Positions 18,687 through 28,253 of a stretch of DNA of 64,000 bases are shown piece by piece (position 1 is the stretch's first letter; each line of letters begins with the position of its first letter). Location: IMG/VR virus record IMGVR_UViG_3300042922_000643, positions 186,001 through 250,000 of that record; one strand, written 5' to 3'. Made by a program: the position numbers and the translations under genes. The notes beneath the pieces were generated by a model. That model did not search any database. It was not told where the DNA came from and saw only the letters and a program-made list of their open reading frames with translations.

Positions 18687-19256
18687 ATGGCAAAGAATAA
18701 TTTTTATGGCGTGAAGGTTGGTGCGGCCCCAGGGGTGTATGAAACTTGGGCTGAGTGCCAGCAACATACCGATGGATATCCTGGCGCAAAGTACCAGGGT
18801 TTTAAGACCCGTGAAGAAGCAGAAGCTTTTGTTGGGATCGCCGCGTCTGCTCCAGAACCTCTACTGGCTACTGCTGTAAGTATCAATGACTCTGTGCAAG
18901 CAGCAATGGATCTCTTTAGTGGCCATCCTGTAAAAGACAATTTGAATCTTAAGCAGGCTCAGGATGTATCCGTGCCTTGGACGCCTGAAGTAGTAGCTGC
19001 TGTGTTTACGCCTAAGGAAATGGAAGAGATGGCTGAGAGTCGGAAGAAGGCACGTGTTTGGCATACGAATAAAGTGTTTGAGCTTATTGCTCTGTGTGAG
19101 CATTACTTTGCTTATGACTGGAATAAAGAAGGCAATGCCGATGGATATCGTGTGACCCTTTATAATGATTATGGCTTAGCTTCGCCCGAGATGACGGGTA
19201 GTGCTAGTGAGATACTGGCTAAAATAGCTATGTTGGAACCTGTCCATTTTAGATAA
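18687..19256 (+). CDS. RNase H1-type hybrid-binding (viroplasmin) N-terminal domain fused to a phage-specific domain
   Basis: FYGVKVGAAPGVYETWAECQQHTDGYPGAKYQGFKTREEAEAF; no RNase H catalytic domain. Confidence 0.8.
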   Translation: MAKNNFYGVKVGAAPGVYETWAECQQHTDGYPGAKYQGFKTREEAEAFVGIAASAPEPLLATAVSINDSVQAAMDLFSGHPVKDNLNLKQAQDVSVPWTPEVVAAVFTPKEMEEMAESRKKARVWHTNKVFELIALCEHYFAYDWNKEGNADGYRVTLYNDYGLASPEMTGSASEILAKIAMLEPVHFR

Positions 19257-19459
19257 GAGGGGGATCGCTTAATGAGAAGAAAACGTAGCTCAGGTCATTA
19301 CGTTTATACACCATTTATGCGTCCTATTATTATTACTGCCAGCGATTGGAATCCCCATAGAGCACATGAAACATTGGCTAGTCTCGTGGATTTATCAGGA
19401 ATGACTTATCATGTAGATGATGCTAATAACTTGCACGTTGTATTAATATAATGATAATG

Positions 19460-19494
19460 GCCGCCATCCATTCGTGGGTGAGCGGCTTTTTTAA
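19460..19494 (+). terminator. terminator hairpin, related copy at 21086-21116
   Basis: GCCGCCATCCATTCGTGGGTGAGCGGC followed by T-tract. Confidence 0.65.
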
Positions 19495-19518
19495 TGTCTA
19501 TAATAAGGAGGGGTCGAT

Positions 19519-19767
19519 GTGAAAACTGAGAAAGGAATGATCATTAAGATTGGCCCTCACCCTACCATTAATCCAAGTGCTCTAGGTTTAGTATACGTTA
19601 TTACAGAACCTAAAAGTTGGGGCAGCCTGGATACAGGGAAAGTTATTTCAAACCCAAATGGATGGTTAAGTGAAGAAGTAAGGCATGCGTTTGATCCTAA
19701 CTATGATGTTCTTTTGCCTGAAAATAATGAATATTACGCTAAATTTTTTCTAAAGGATGATTCGTAG
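19519..19767 (+). CDS. paralog family C protein with C-terminal motif variant
   Basis: KGMIIKIG..P....ALGLVY...RHAFDPNYD; ends ENNEYYAKFFLKDDS. Confidence 0.7.
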   Translation: MKTEKGMIIKIGPHPTINPSALGLVYVITEPKSWGSLDTGKVISNPNGWLSEEVRHAFDPNYDVLLPENNEYYAKFFLKDDS

Positions 19768-19789
19768 TTTCGGAAACCCATGAAAAATA

Positions 19790-20224
19790 ATGAATATGGA
19801 GAGGTTGATGAAAATGAGCACTATTACGGTCAAGGATACGGATAGCGTACGTTTGTCTATCATTGTAAACCAAAAACACATTCTTCTTCAGCAGATGGAG
19901 AAAGAAGAAGAGGATGCTGATTATCTACATAGTTCTATCGATGTGCATGATACTAATCTAGATCATCTGATTGCCGCGCTTTCTGCGATTTCAAATGCTA
20001 AGAAACTGGGCATCGAGATTACGAACCTAATTAATTACCATGGCTATATTTGTCAGGGATTAAGCGAGTTCGGTCAGATCGTTGTTCTTGCTTATGCCCA
20101 GCCCTATATGAAGATGGGTGATTTGGCAAAGTATGAATTGTCTACGGCTTATAGCTATAAGGTGGGGCAAATACTCGACGTGGATTTTGAATACTGGCAT
20201 CTGATTAACGAATTCGCCAAATAA
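19790..20224 (+). CDS. paralog family B protein
   Basis: TNLDHLIAALSAISNAKKLGIEI. Confidence 0.7.
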   Translation: MNMERLMKMSTITVKDTDSVRLSIIVNQKHILLQQMEKEEEDADYLHSSIDVHDTNLDHLIAALSAISNAKKLGIEITNLINYHGYICQGLSEFGQIVVLAYAQPYMKMGDLAKYELSTAYSYKVGQILDVDFEYWHLINEFAK

Positions 20225-20345
20225 TAAAAGAGGGTGAGTTTAAAAATGACACCTTTTCAAGTCTTAGGGGTATTCGCAATAGCGGGTACACTGGGTGGTC
20301 TTGCTGGAATCATTATTCGGCGTTATCAGAAATAGGAGGTGCAGT

Positions 20346-20585
20346 ATGGACACGCCGCTTAAATTAACGATCTATCCGTTTTATGCTGCACCTAAATATA
20401 TTCAAGATCTGAGTCGGAATGGTGGAGATGAGGATCATGTTTACATTATATACCAAGATGACGATAAGATATTTGGAGATCTGGTAGAAGACATTGTCGA
20501 TAAGATGGCGAAATGTGACTATCATCGGTATGAAGAGCTTTACCAAGGTCGTCCTTGTTATATATATATTACAAATCATGGGTAA
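20346..20585 (+). CDS. hypothetical protein
   Basis: GGAGG RBS, ATG 20346. Confidence 0.6.
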   Translation: MDTPLKLTIYPFYAAPKYIQDLSRNGGDEDHVYIIYQDDDKIFGDLVEDIVDKMAKCDYHRYEELYQGRPCYIYITNHG

Positions 20586-20597
20586 GGAGGCAAGATA

Positions 20598-21077
20598 ATG
20601 TCTGATTTCTCAGCTCTTACGGGATTTGAAAAGCTGATTGTTAATGCTATGCGTGTAGATTATTCCATTACAACGAAAGAAGCTGAACGTATCGTTCGTA
20701 AATACCTTCTGGTTATTCGAGATATTAACGATACTCAAGATACGCCACTCCTTCAAGCCGCTCGTTATTATGATGCACATAAGTTGAACACTGATCCTTT
20801 AATATGGCTTGAGCGTAATATAAAGATGAGAAAAGCGACCATTCCTGCGTATATTAATACACCTATGACGATTCCGTCGCTGTATAAGGTGTTTGTACTT
20901 GAAATTTCTGTTTATAACTTCAACGAAGTAGCTTATCAATATGAAAAAGAGTTTGAGGAAGAACCTACAGCGTCTGAAATTGTCTTGGCTTGCCAGTATA
21001 TCCGTAATAAATATGGCCCCTATAGGGTATCCGCCACCGTTTTTACACGCTATAACTACAGCGAACAACAAATCTAG
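20598..21077 (+). CDS. hypothetical protein
   Basis: AAGGAGG RBS, 159 aa. Confidence 0.65.
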   Translation: MSDFSALTGFEKLIVNAMRVDYSITTKEAERIVRKYLLVIRDINDTQDTPLLQAARYYDAHKLNTDPLIWLERNIKMRKATIPAYINTPMTIPSLYKVFVLEISVYNFNEVAYQYEKEFEEEPTASEIVLACQYIRNKYGPYRVSATVFTRYNYSEQQI

Positions 21078-21085
21078 GGAGCCTG

Positions 21086-21116
21086 CCGCCATCCAATCGG
21101 GTGAGCGGTTTTTTCT
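21086..21116 (+). terminator. terminator hairpin
   Basis: CCGCCATCCAATCGGGTGAGCGG followed by T-tract. Confidence 0.65.
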
Positions 21117-21150
21117 ATGTAGACTCATCAAAACCAAGGAGGTGCTAGTT

Positions 21151-21426
21151 ATGTCAATTGAAATAGGTAGCATTGTCCGTCTAGGTGAAAATCCTTCTGT
21201 GTATGAAACAGCATGGGGTCTAATTTTTGTCATTGAAAATTTTAAAGAAGAAGATACTGTTATTCAAGTTCATGGTCACATTTTAAAATCTCCTGGCGGT
21301 TGGTGGGGGTATATGAATGAGATCAGTCACGAATTTAATCCAGAGTATGATACTATAATGAAGGCTGATAACATCCAGCTGCTATCTCTCCTAGAGGAGG
21401 AGGATGAGTATGGAGATAAAGATTAA
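21151..21426 (+). CDS. paralog family C protein with C-terminal motif
   Basis: AWGLIF...HEFNPEYD; ADNIQLLSLLEEEDE. Confidence 0.7.
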   Translation: MSIEIGSIVRLGENPSVYETAWGLIFVIENFKEEDTVIQVHGHILKSPGGWWGYMNEISHEFNPEYDTIMKADNIQLLSLLEEEDEYGDKD

Positions 21427-21676
21427 AAAAGGCATGATTATTCAAATCGGGCAAAAGCCTAGTGTAGATAAATCTGCTCAAGGCTTGATCTATGAAGTTG
21501 TAGATGTCATGTCTACTTCGGGTAAAAGTACACGAACTTATGGAAAAGTTACTCATGATCCAGGTCATTGGGGAATGAGTGATGTTAGGCATACATTTGA
21601 CCCTGAATATGATAGTATTGTCACCTTTTCCAATGAACATGCTGTTACGTTTCTCAAAGATCAAGATGAGGGGTGA
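21410..21676 (+). CDS. paralog family C protein with C-terminal motif
   Basis: KGMIIQIG...AQGLIY...RHTFDPEYD; ends FSNEHAVTFLKDQDEG. Confidence 0.7.
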   Translation: MEIKIKKGMIIQIGQKPSVDKSAQGLIYEVVDVMSTSGKSTRTYGKVTHDPGHWGMSDVRHTFDPEYDSIVTFSNEHAVTFLKDQDEG

Positions 21677-21682
21677 TTACTT

Positions 21683-21874
21683 ATGCAGTATATTTACAAT
21701 AGTTTAATCTTTGCACTATTACTCATAATCTCTCTTGTCATTTTTGCGGCTCCATTGTGTCTTTCCTTGCTAATTTTTGCAAATATAGTATGGCCTCATT
21801 TCATTGCTGCATTCATTGGATTCGTTCTAATGGTTGCATTTATCCAATTCTCTGTTGAACTTGAGCTTTTTTAA
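21683..21874 (+). CDS. small membrane protein
   Basis: 63 aa, almost entirely hydrophobic. Confidence 0.6.
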   Translation: MQYIYNSLIFALLLIISLVIFAAPLCLSLLIFANIVWPHFIAAFIGFVLMVAFIQFSVELELF

Positions 21875-21891
21875 TTAAAGGAGGAGTTAAG

Positions 21892-22404
21892 ATGAAGAGC
21901 AAGGCTACAGGTATTACGCTGAGTGATCAGATGCTGAGGGAGTTTGGCGTAGAGAAAATGAGTATCTGTGAAAGTAGCGATGGGAACCACATGATTCCTG
22001 AGGATGCAGATGTTGTTGTATTCGGCGAGCTGAAGAATTTGGAGAAGGATATCCCTGTTCGGATTAACTATTTAACCAGCTTGATCAATGCGAAAGCTGC
22101 CTATGGTTCAGAACAGGCTGGTGGATACTTGCGCGGAAAGCGAGATGCCTATCAGGAAATCATGGCTGTCCTTGTTCCTGGAGAAATGGACAGGGGTAAT
22201 GCTGATATTCTATTGGAAGCTGCGGCTCGTCATGAGCGAGTAGCTAAGGCTAAAGCTGCTATTCATACTGCCATTCGTGTAGACGAGGATCAATATCGTC
22301 ATGTATCCATGGAAAAGCTTAGAGATGCAGTGGACGGCCTGGATGAGCTTACGCTGCGTGAACTGGTATTGGATCATGTCTATCGTGGTGGATCATTTAA
22401 TTAA
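21892..22404 (+). CDS. hypothetical protein
   Basis: AAGGAGG RBS, 170 aa. Confidence 0.65.
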   Translation: MKSKATGITLSDQMLREFGVEKMSICESSDGNHMIPEDADVVVFGELKNLEKDIPVRINYLTSLINAKAAYGSEQAGGYLRGKRDAYQEIMAVLVPGEMDRGNADILLEAAARHERVAKAKAAIHTAIRVDEDQYRHVSMEKLRDAVDGLDELTLRELVLDHVYRGGSFN

Positions 22405-22440
22405 TGTCGAATAGCAAAAATAGAAAGGTGGTACATATTA

Positions 22441-22788
22441 ATGGAATTATTACGTAGATTGGATACGGCATTGGCTTTGATTGAGAGCATGACAGATACG
22501 GTGAACGATGCGGAGCCTGCGCAGGAAAAGATTAAACGGGCTATTGAAATGGCCAGATCTGCACGGTGGGAAAATGGCGTATTGCTGACTTCTTATTTGT
22601 ATAAAGATGATGTGGAGGAATCCATCCTTAATGGTTTTGTAATCACTTTCAAAAGCGGATATTTTTATGTACGTCATCCGTCGTATCCCGATATCAGTTT
22701 GCTGGTCGTTAGAGAAATGGAAGACGTAGAAGAGTACTGTACGGAAAAGAAATTTGAAGAAGCAACAAAATTCCTGCTCGAAGGTTAA
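22441..22788 (+). CDS. hypothetical protein
   Basis: 115 aa, followed by a terminator. Confidence 0.6.
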   Translation: MELLRRLDTALALIESMTDTVNDAEPAQEKIKRAIEMARSARWENGVLLTSYLYKDDVEESILNGFVITFKSGYFYVRHPSYPDISLLVVREMEDVEEYCTEKKFEEATKFLLEG

Positions 22789-22792
22789 ATAC

Positions 22793-22830
22793 AGGGCCTT
22801 ACGTAGTTAACAGCTGCGTAGGGCTTTTTT
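22793..22830 (+). terminator. rho-independent terminator
   Basis: GCCTTACGTAG...CTGCGTAGGGC followed by T-tract. Confidence 0.7.
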
Positions 22831-22859
22831 TATGTTAATATACTTAAGGAGGATGATGT

Positions 22860-23123
22860 ATGAAAAAAGCTCTTTTCTTCTTCTCTTTAGTTACACTTCT
22901 TGTTGCTTGTAGCAGTGATTCTGTCGAAAGCAAGGGAACTCCAAACGGTTTCGAGTCAATCACCTATGATGAGATCAATGGTAAGGTTGTCATTATGATG
23001 CGTAACGTCCAAACAGGATGTTATTACGTATTCACTTCGAGTATGTCTACTTCTGGCATGGCTGTTGCACAAATGTACGTACCTGATACAATGACGGGCG
23101 ATCCTGAGCCTTATTGTGATTAA
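22860..23123 (+). CDS. predicted lipoprotein
   Basis: MKKALFFFSLVTLLVAC lipobox; MRNVQTGCYY. Confidence 0.7.
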   Translation: MKKALFFFSLVTLLVACSSDSVESKGTPNGFESITYDEINGKVVIMMRNVQTGCYYVFTSSMSTSGMAVAQMYVPDTMTGDPEPYCD

Positions 23124-23132
23124 AAGAAAGGA

Positions 23133-23420
23133 GTGATTAAAGTGAGTATGTCCACCCATATTTACGGTATTAAACCCGCTGACCAAAAGTTTGCGGATAT
23201 GAAGCTAGTCTGGGATACTTGCGAAAAAATGGGGATTTCTCCGCCGCAAGAAGTTTGGGAATTCTTCGGTAAAGAAGAACCTGACCCAGCGGGTGTTATC
23301 ACGGAACTTCCCGCGGAATGTATCACGCCAATTGAAGAAGAATTCAGAGAAGGGTGCTACATCGATATTCGGAAATTGCCACTTGACGTGAAGATCATTA
23401 AGTTTGTAAATAGCTACTAG
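23133..23420 (+). CDS. hypothetical protein
   Basis: AAGGAG RBS, 95 aa. Confidence 0.6.
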   Translation: MIKVSMSTHIYGIKPADQKFADMKLVWDTCEKMGISPPQEVWEFFGKEEPDPAGVITELPAECITPIEEEFREGCYIDIRKLPLDVKIIKFVNSY

Positions 23421-23453
23421 TAGTACATATTATAATTCGAGGAGGAATTTATT

Positions 23454-23966
23454 ATGTCTAATCCAACTTCTGTTACTGCATTCGTATACAATCTGGGGAT
23501 TACAGCTAAAGATCCAATAACAGGGTACCAGGGAATCATCATTGGCCGCGCTCATCACTTATTCGGTTGCTCGCAATATGGCATTGCTTCTCGGGATCTC
23601 GATAGCAGTGGTCAAGTTCGCAAAACAGAATGGTTTGATGAAGCTCGCATTGAAGTCGTCGGCGACGGCACTCGCACTGTCGAAGAGGTTCAAGAAAATG
23701 AATTTGCTAAAATCTTTGGGATCTCTATCGGCAAAAAGGTACGCGATAAGGTAACAGGCATTGTCGGTATTACTACGTATGCCCTCGAATACCTTTACGG
23801 TTCCAACCAATATGCTGTTGATCCTGGTATTGATAAAGAAGGCAAGATCCAAGACAGTTATTCTTACGATGAAGGCCGCCTTGAAGTCATTGACGAGGGT
23901 GTTAAGCCTGCGGAAGTTACAGGCCCAAAACGCGGAGGAATTAATCGTGACGCTCCTAGATTTTAA
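23454..23966 (+). CDS. protein made of two tandem SH3-like repeats
   Basis: LGITAKDPITGYQGII...FDEARIEVV and IGKKVRDKVTGIVGIT...YDEGRLEVI. Confidence 0.75.
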   Translation: MSNPTSVTAFVYNLGITAKDPITGYQGIIIGRAHHLFGCSQYGIASRDLDSSGQVRKTEWFDEARIEVVGDGTRTVEEVQENEFAKIFGISIGKKVRDKVTGIVGITTYALEYLYGSNQYAVDPGIDKEGKIQDSYSYDEGRLEVIDEGVKPAEVTGPKRGGINRDAPRF

Positions 23967-24237
23967 AAGGGAGCCCGTTGTCAGAACCTTTCTAGTTGTA
24001 ACCCGCACCAAAAACGGAGTCACTGTTCGTCGTTATTTGGTTGGTGCAGAAAACGCTGCTGGGGCGAAGAATACCCTAAGAAAATATCTTACAGGGGTTA
24101 ATTATCCGATATCTGTACAACAGGAAGTAAAAAATAGATTTTTGGAGCTTGGGCAAATCAAACATTACGATTAATAAATCCAAAGCCTCTTATCCTCTGT
24201 GGGTAGGAGGCTTTTTTTATGTGAAGGAGATGATCAT

Positions 24238-24435
24238 ATGTGGTATATTTATTTTCTGGCTTGTTTTACATCCGTTTATGTCGCTTACTGTGCTGGCAAA
24301 AAGAAGGGTCATGCTGAGAAAGAGCCTCGGATTCAATATTTGCTGGAATGTTATCTCAAGCAGAATGAATACTACGAAGATCAGCTTCGTCGTGCTAAGC
24401 GTGCTCTGCGGGAATGGCGTCTTAAAACTCAATAA
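24238..24435 (+). CDS. small TM plus coiled-coil protein
   Basis: AAGGAG RBS, ATG 24238. Confidence 0.6.
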   Translation: MWYIYFLACFTSVYVAYCAGKKKGHAEKEPRIQYLLECYLKQNEYYEDQLRRAKRALREWRLKTQ

Positions 24436-24456
24436 AATCCTGGGAGGTACATAAAT

Positions 24457-24924
24457 ATGGCTCTGATTATTCTTAAAGGCGATCTACTTAAAAGTGACTG
24501 TGATGTCATTGCTCATCAAGCAAACTGCTATAGTCGTATGGGCGCAGGCATTGCAAAACAAATTGTTCAGAAATGGCCTGTTGTTGCCGTTGAAGATCGC
24601 AATTTTCATATCACATCCCCCTCTAAGCGCCTTGGTCAGTTTTCCTACGCATTTGTCGAGCAGAATACTGTAATGGTCTGCAATTTGTACGGCCAGCTAA
24701 ATTACGGGACTGGAGCTGTTCAAACTAACTACGCCGCCTTAGAAAGCTCCATTCGCTTAATGATGGATTTTCTGAAACAAAGTCCCGTTTTCAAGAGTAA
24801 AAAGATAGGTTTCCCGTTTCGACTGGGATGTGGACTTGCGGGTGGCGACTGGGCCGTTGTTTCAAAGATCCTCAATCGTATTTCCGAAGAATATGACGTA
24901 GATCTCTACGCTTACAGTTTGTAA
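24457..24924 (+). CDS. macro domain protein (TARG1/Poa1p-like ADP-ribose hydrolase)
   Basis: LKGDLLKSDCDVIAHQANC...MGAGIAKQI...NLYGQ...IGFPFRLGCGLAGGDW. Confidence 0.88.
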   Translation: MALIILKGDLLKSDCDVIAHQANCYSRMGAGIAKQIVQKWPVVAVEDRNFHITSPSKRLGQFSYAFVEQNTVMVCNLYGQLNYGTGAVQTNYAALESSIRLMMDFLKQSPVFKSKKIGFPFRLGCGLAGGDWAVVSKILNRISEEYDVDLYAYSL

Positions 24925-25059
24925 TAAAAAGTTAAGACGGCTTATGCTGTCTTAATATAATCTCTAAGGTAGGTTTGGTCACCTTGAGTATGCTTATGGG
25001 GATAAGCGTGCTTTCCTTGGGGATTATATTAAGCCTGTATATAAAGGAGGTTACATATT

Positions 25060-25500
25060 ATGAGATTAACTACTCAATGTGGAGATTCTATTCTTCTTAA
25101 AGTTGGCGACAATGTTGTGATCAAATGCACCAAAGCTGCTGATGATTATACTTCTATCAGAGTTACACTGAATAAAGAGTATGATGCAACTGTTGGTAGT
25201 TCCACTTATCTGAATTTAGTTGATGATAATGGGGTTCCTTTCACCGTTTCTGTTGATAGTCATTATACTCTCGGAGAATATTTCGTAGCACTTGATAGAA
25301 ATACGATTGCTACAATTAATCCTTCTCTAAAGAAAAGTCGGCTAAAAGAATTTGTCAGCGGAGGATTTTTTGTTGATTCCAATCTCGATGATCAAATCAA
25401 TAAATGGCTTGACGATCATCCGAATGTTGAACTCGGTAACATTCATTACGTAAGAAGTGGTGAAGTTTCCGCGGCCATGATTGTTTATAAGGAGGCATAG
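25060..25500 (+). CDS. hypothetical protein with C-terminal Cse60/DUF2758-like domain
   Basis: LDDQINKWLDDHPNVELGNIHY...AAMIVYKE. Confidence 0.5.
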   Translation: MRLTTQCGDSILLKVGDNVVIKCTKAADDYTSIRVTLNKEYDATVGSSTYLNLVDDNGVPFTVSVDSHYTLGEYFVALDRNTIATINPSLKKSRLKEFVSGGFFVDSNLDDQINKWLDDHPNVELGNIHYVRSGEVSAAMIVYKEA

Positions 25501-25501
25501 T

Positions 25502-25663
25502 ATGATACTCTATGCTTTGAGTTCAACTTTACAGTTAATGGCTGCAATTTTCTTTTTTCGACAAATATTATCTAACAAAGGCTTCCTTCGCTATATTGCT
25601 ATTATATTAACTACTGTAAATATCTTTTTACTCTTTACTAATCTTTATACGGCAATTGGTTAA
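25502..25663 (+). CDS. small membrane protein
   Basis: two hydrophobic segments. Confidence 0.55.
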   Translation: MILYALSSTLQLMAAIFFFRQILSNKGFLRYIAIILTTVNIFLLFTNLYTAIG

Positions 25664-25674
25664 GGAGGTTCGTA

Positions 25675-25977
25675 ATGGCTGAAAAAAAGCCCAAGCTTAA
25701 TTTGTGCAATCAGGAATACAAAGGTATCCATATTAGGCTCATTGACCGCGGCTACTCTTCGGATGATAAGGCTAAACGGTATTTACTGATCGTTCCCGAT
25801 GGATTAAAGGCCCAGACGAATCAGAATGTCTGGATTCCAAACAAACACTTGGAAGAAGACGGAACCCTCAAGCCTGGTGAAAATATTGATTATGTGTTCC
25901 GTAAAGCACAGAATCAGTTGGAATACGCGGGTTATCTTGGCCCAATTATTGGAATTAAGCGTACAACAGAGGTCTAA
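25675..25977 (+). CDS. hypothetical phage protein
   Basis: AAGGAGG RBS, 100 aa. Confidence 0.65.
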   Translation: MAEKKPKLNLCNQEYKGIHIRLIDRGYSSDDKAKRYLLIVPDGLKAQTNQNVWIPNKHLEEDGTLKPGENIDYVFRKAQNQLEYAGYLGPIIGIKRTTEV

Positions 25978-26012
25978 ATGCCATTATATTACATAAAGGA
26001 GATTGGATAACT

Positions 26013-27131
26013 ATGAAAGTTGTACAAACTGGCGATATTTTTAGAATATTTGGTGATGATCTGCAAACTTTTGATCAGCTACCCGCAGGCAATTACAAAG
26101 TCTGTTTTGATCCTAAGCAGGGGTTCTTTCTGATCAGTACTGACTCATTCAAAGTGAGTGAGAAACAGTACGGTCAACATCCTTTAAAAATTGCTAAAGT
26201 TGAAAAACTTTTCGACACTCTGGATCGTAGCGCAGGGATCATCCTCAGCGGGGATAAAGGTATGGGTAAGTCGATGTTTGCGCGTACTCTTTCAGCGACT
26301 TTTGCGGAAGATCGTGAGAATCGGAATATGCCAACTATCATTGTTAATTATGCATACCCTGGCATTGTTGATTTTCTTGAATCAATTAAGCAAGAATGCG
26401 TTGTTTTATTCGACGAATTTGAAAAGGTCTTCAACGGCGAAGAACAAAAAGAGTCACAGGATAGATTACTGGGTCTCTTTGATGGTATTTCTCAGACAAA
26501 ACGACTATATGTGATTACTGTCAATGAAATTCGACGGGTTAGTCAGTATATGCTGAATCGTCCTGGTCGGTTCCATTACCACTTGCAGTTTGGATTTCCT
26601 TCACATGAGGAGATCGCTGAGTATCTGACCGACAAACTCAATCCAGAGTATGTTAACCAAATCCCTCTTGTGCAGCGGTTTTCAAGCCGCGGCAATCTGA
26701 ACTATGATGCTCTACGAGCGATTGCTCATGAGTTAAATCAAGGATACTCTTTTAAAGAGACCATCGAAGACTTAAATGTTTCTTCTACGGAAAATGATTC
26801 TTCTATCTATTCTGTAGAGATTCACTACAGCAATGGTTTTGTAGGGTCAACACAGGTCAGTCTTAACCTGATGAGTCCACGATTTAGATTTGATCATGAG
26901 ACTCCTAATGGCGACTATCTTTCTATAAGCTTCTGCCCTCTTGATGTTGTCATTACTGATAAAACACTTTTTACTGTAGAAGCTGGCGAAGTTCAACTAT
27001 CTGTGGATTTTGACAACGGCAATGAAGAATATACTGATAAAAGCAAGATATTTGTTGAACGAATGGTTTTCAAGATTGATGATAAAAGAAGACCAAAATA
27101 TGGCAAAGAAATTGAGAACTATCTGGTTTAA
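26013..27131 (+). CDS. AAA+ ATPase
   Basis: Walker A GDKGMGKS, Walker B VVLFDEFEK, SRH MLNRPGRF. Confidence 0.88.
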   Translation: MKVVQTGDIFRIFGDDLQTFDQLPAGNYKVCFDPKQGFFLISTDSFKVSEKQYGQHPLKIAKVEKLFDTLDRSAGIILSGDKGMGKSMFARTLSATFAEDRENRNMPTIIVNYAYPGIVDFLESIKQECVVLFDEFEKVFNGEEQKESQDRLLGLFDGISQTKRLYVITVNEIRRVSQYMLNRPGRFHYHLQFGFPSHEEIAEYLTDKLNPEYVNQIPLVQRFSSRGNLNYDALRAIAHELNQGYSFKETIEDLNVSSTENDSSIYSVEIHYSNGFVGSTQVSLNLMSPRFRFDHETPNGDYLSISFCPLDVVITDKTLFTVEAGEVQLSVDFDNGNEEYTDKSKIFVERMVFKIDDKRRPKYGKEIENYLV

Positions 27132-27142
27132 AAAACAGCTCT

Positions 27143-27170
27143 TATGCCCGCCTTTGTGCGGGCTTTTTTT
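27143..27170 (+). terminator. rho-independent terminator
   Basis: GCCCGC-CTTT-GTGCGGGC followed by T-tract. Confidence 0.75.
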
Positions 27171-27187
27171 ATGTAAAGGAGGCTTTC

Positions 27188-27466
27188 ATGATGGGAACTA
27201 AACGTGGAGTTATAATCCAATGTAGCAATCCAAGTTCATGGTATAAGTCTGCCATCGGTATGATTTTGGATGTTCAAGAAGGTTATCTTATTCGAAATTC
27301 TTATAGTGTTGTTGAGAATCAGCTTTCGGTAAGTCAATTTTCAATATTTAAAATCAGCGCAAGATTTAGACCTTCTGTTTGTTTAGTGCAAATCCAAGAT
27401 TTTTGTTTTGAAATCTCTAATGAAATGATGGTCGATAAATTACTCTCATCTGATGAGGAGGTATAA
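27188..27466 (+). CDS. paralog family D protein with C-terminal motif variant
   Basis: IIQCSNPSSWYKSAIG; ends ISNEMMVDKLLSSDEEV. Confidence 0.7.
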   Translation: MMGTKRGVIIQCSNPSSWYKSAIGMILDVQEGYLIRNSYSVVENQLSVSQFSIFKISARFRPSVCLVQIQDFCFEISNEMMVDKLLSSDEEV

Positions 27467-27467
27467 T

Positions 27468-27779
27468 ATGCAAATCGGGAAATATGTAACCGTCACTGAC
27501 GACTTTAAGAGTATTAACGTGTATACTCATATCGTTCCTTTCGAAGAGATGGAAGAATTGATCGCTGTTCTAGAATCTATTCAATTTATCAAACATACAG
27601 ATCCTGCTGGTTTTGATTTGAATAATCTTTATTACACGGGTGATGAGATGTGGATTCAGCGAAAATCTTCTACGAATAGTGTTGAATATGTTCAGGTCTA
27701 TGACCGAGATCTTCCACAATCCACTTATGACGTTTGCCTGGATATAGGCGAGCATAAAATAATACCTATCTTTCATTAA
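27468..27779 (+). CDS. family B-like protein
   Basis: FEEMEELIAVLESIQFIK. Confidence 0.6.
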   Translation: MQIGKYVTVTDDFKSINVYTHIVPFEEMEELIAVLESIQFIKHTDPAGFDLNNLYYTGDEMWIQRKSSTNSVEYVQVYDRDLPQSTYDVCLDIGEHKIIPIFH

Positions 27780-27865
27780 GGAGGAATAAGTATGCGTTTC
27801 TTTGAGATATTGATCGCTATTTTTGCTGTTATACTGGTAGGGCAAGGCGAAGAGGAGGCTTACTA

Positions 27866-28252
27866 ATGGGAAGGGTATTACGTATTTTTCTGGATGACCT
27901 TCGGCCCGCTCCTGAGGGATGGGTCTTGGTTAAAACAGCCGAAGAATGTCTCAATTTATTAGCAAAAAATAAAGGTTTAGTCAGTTCACTGTCTTTGGAT
28001 CATGATCTTGGTGACCAGAGTGAAGATGAAAAGCATGGCTACTGGTTTGTGAAACAAATGGTTGACCGCGGCCTTTATGCTGATGTCATTAACCTTCACA
28101 CTTCCAACCCCGTGGGCCGCGAAAATATGCTGATGTATCTTTTAAATGCCATTGACTTTGAGGCCTTGCCTAATCATATCCGTGTTCTGAACTGCCCACC
28201 AGCAGGATATCTCGAAAACGTAGAGAATGGCTGGTACGATAAGGAGGAATAA
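27866..28252 (+). CDS. cyclic-phosphate-processing receiver-like domain protein
   Basis: IFLDDLRPAPEGW...SLDHDLGD...GY...LHTSNPVGRENM. Confidence 0.75.
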   Translation: MGRVLRIFLDDLRPAPEGWVLVKTAEECLNLLAKNKGLVSSLSLDHDLGDQSEDEKHGYWFVKQMVDRGLYADVINLHTSNPVGRENMLMYLLNAIDFEALPNHIRVLNCPPAGYLENVENGWYDKEE

Positions 28253-28253
28253 T

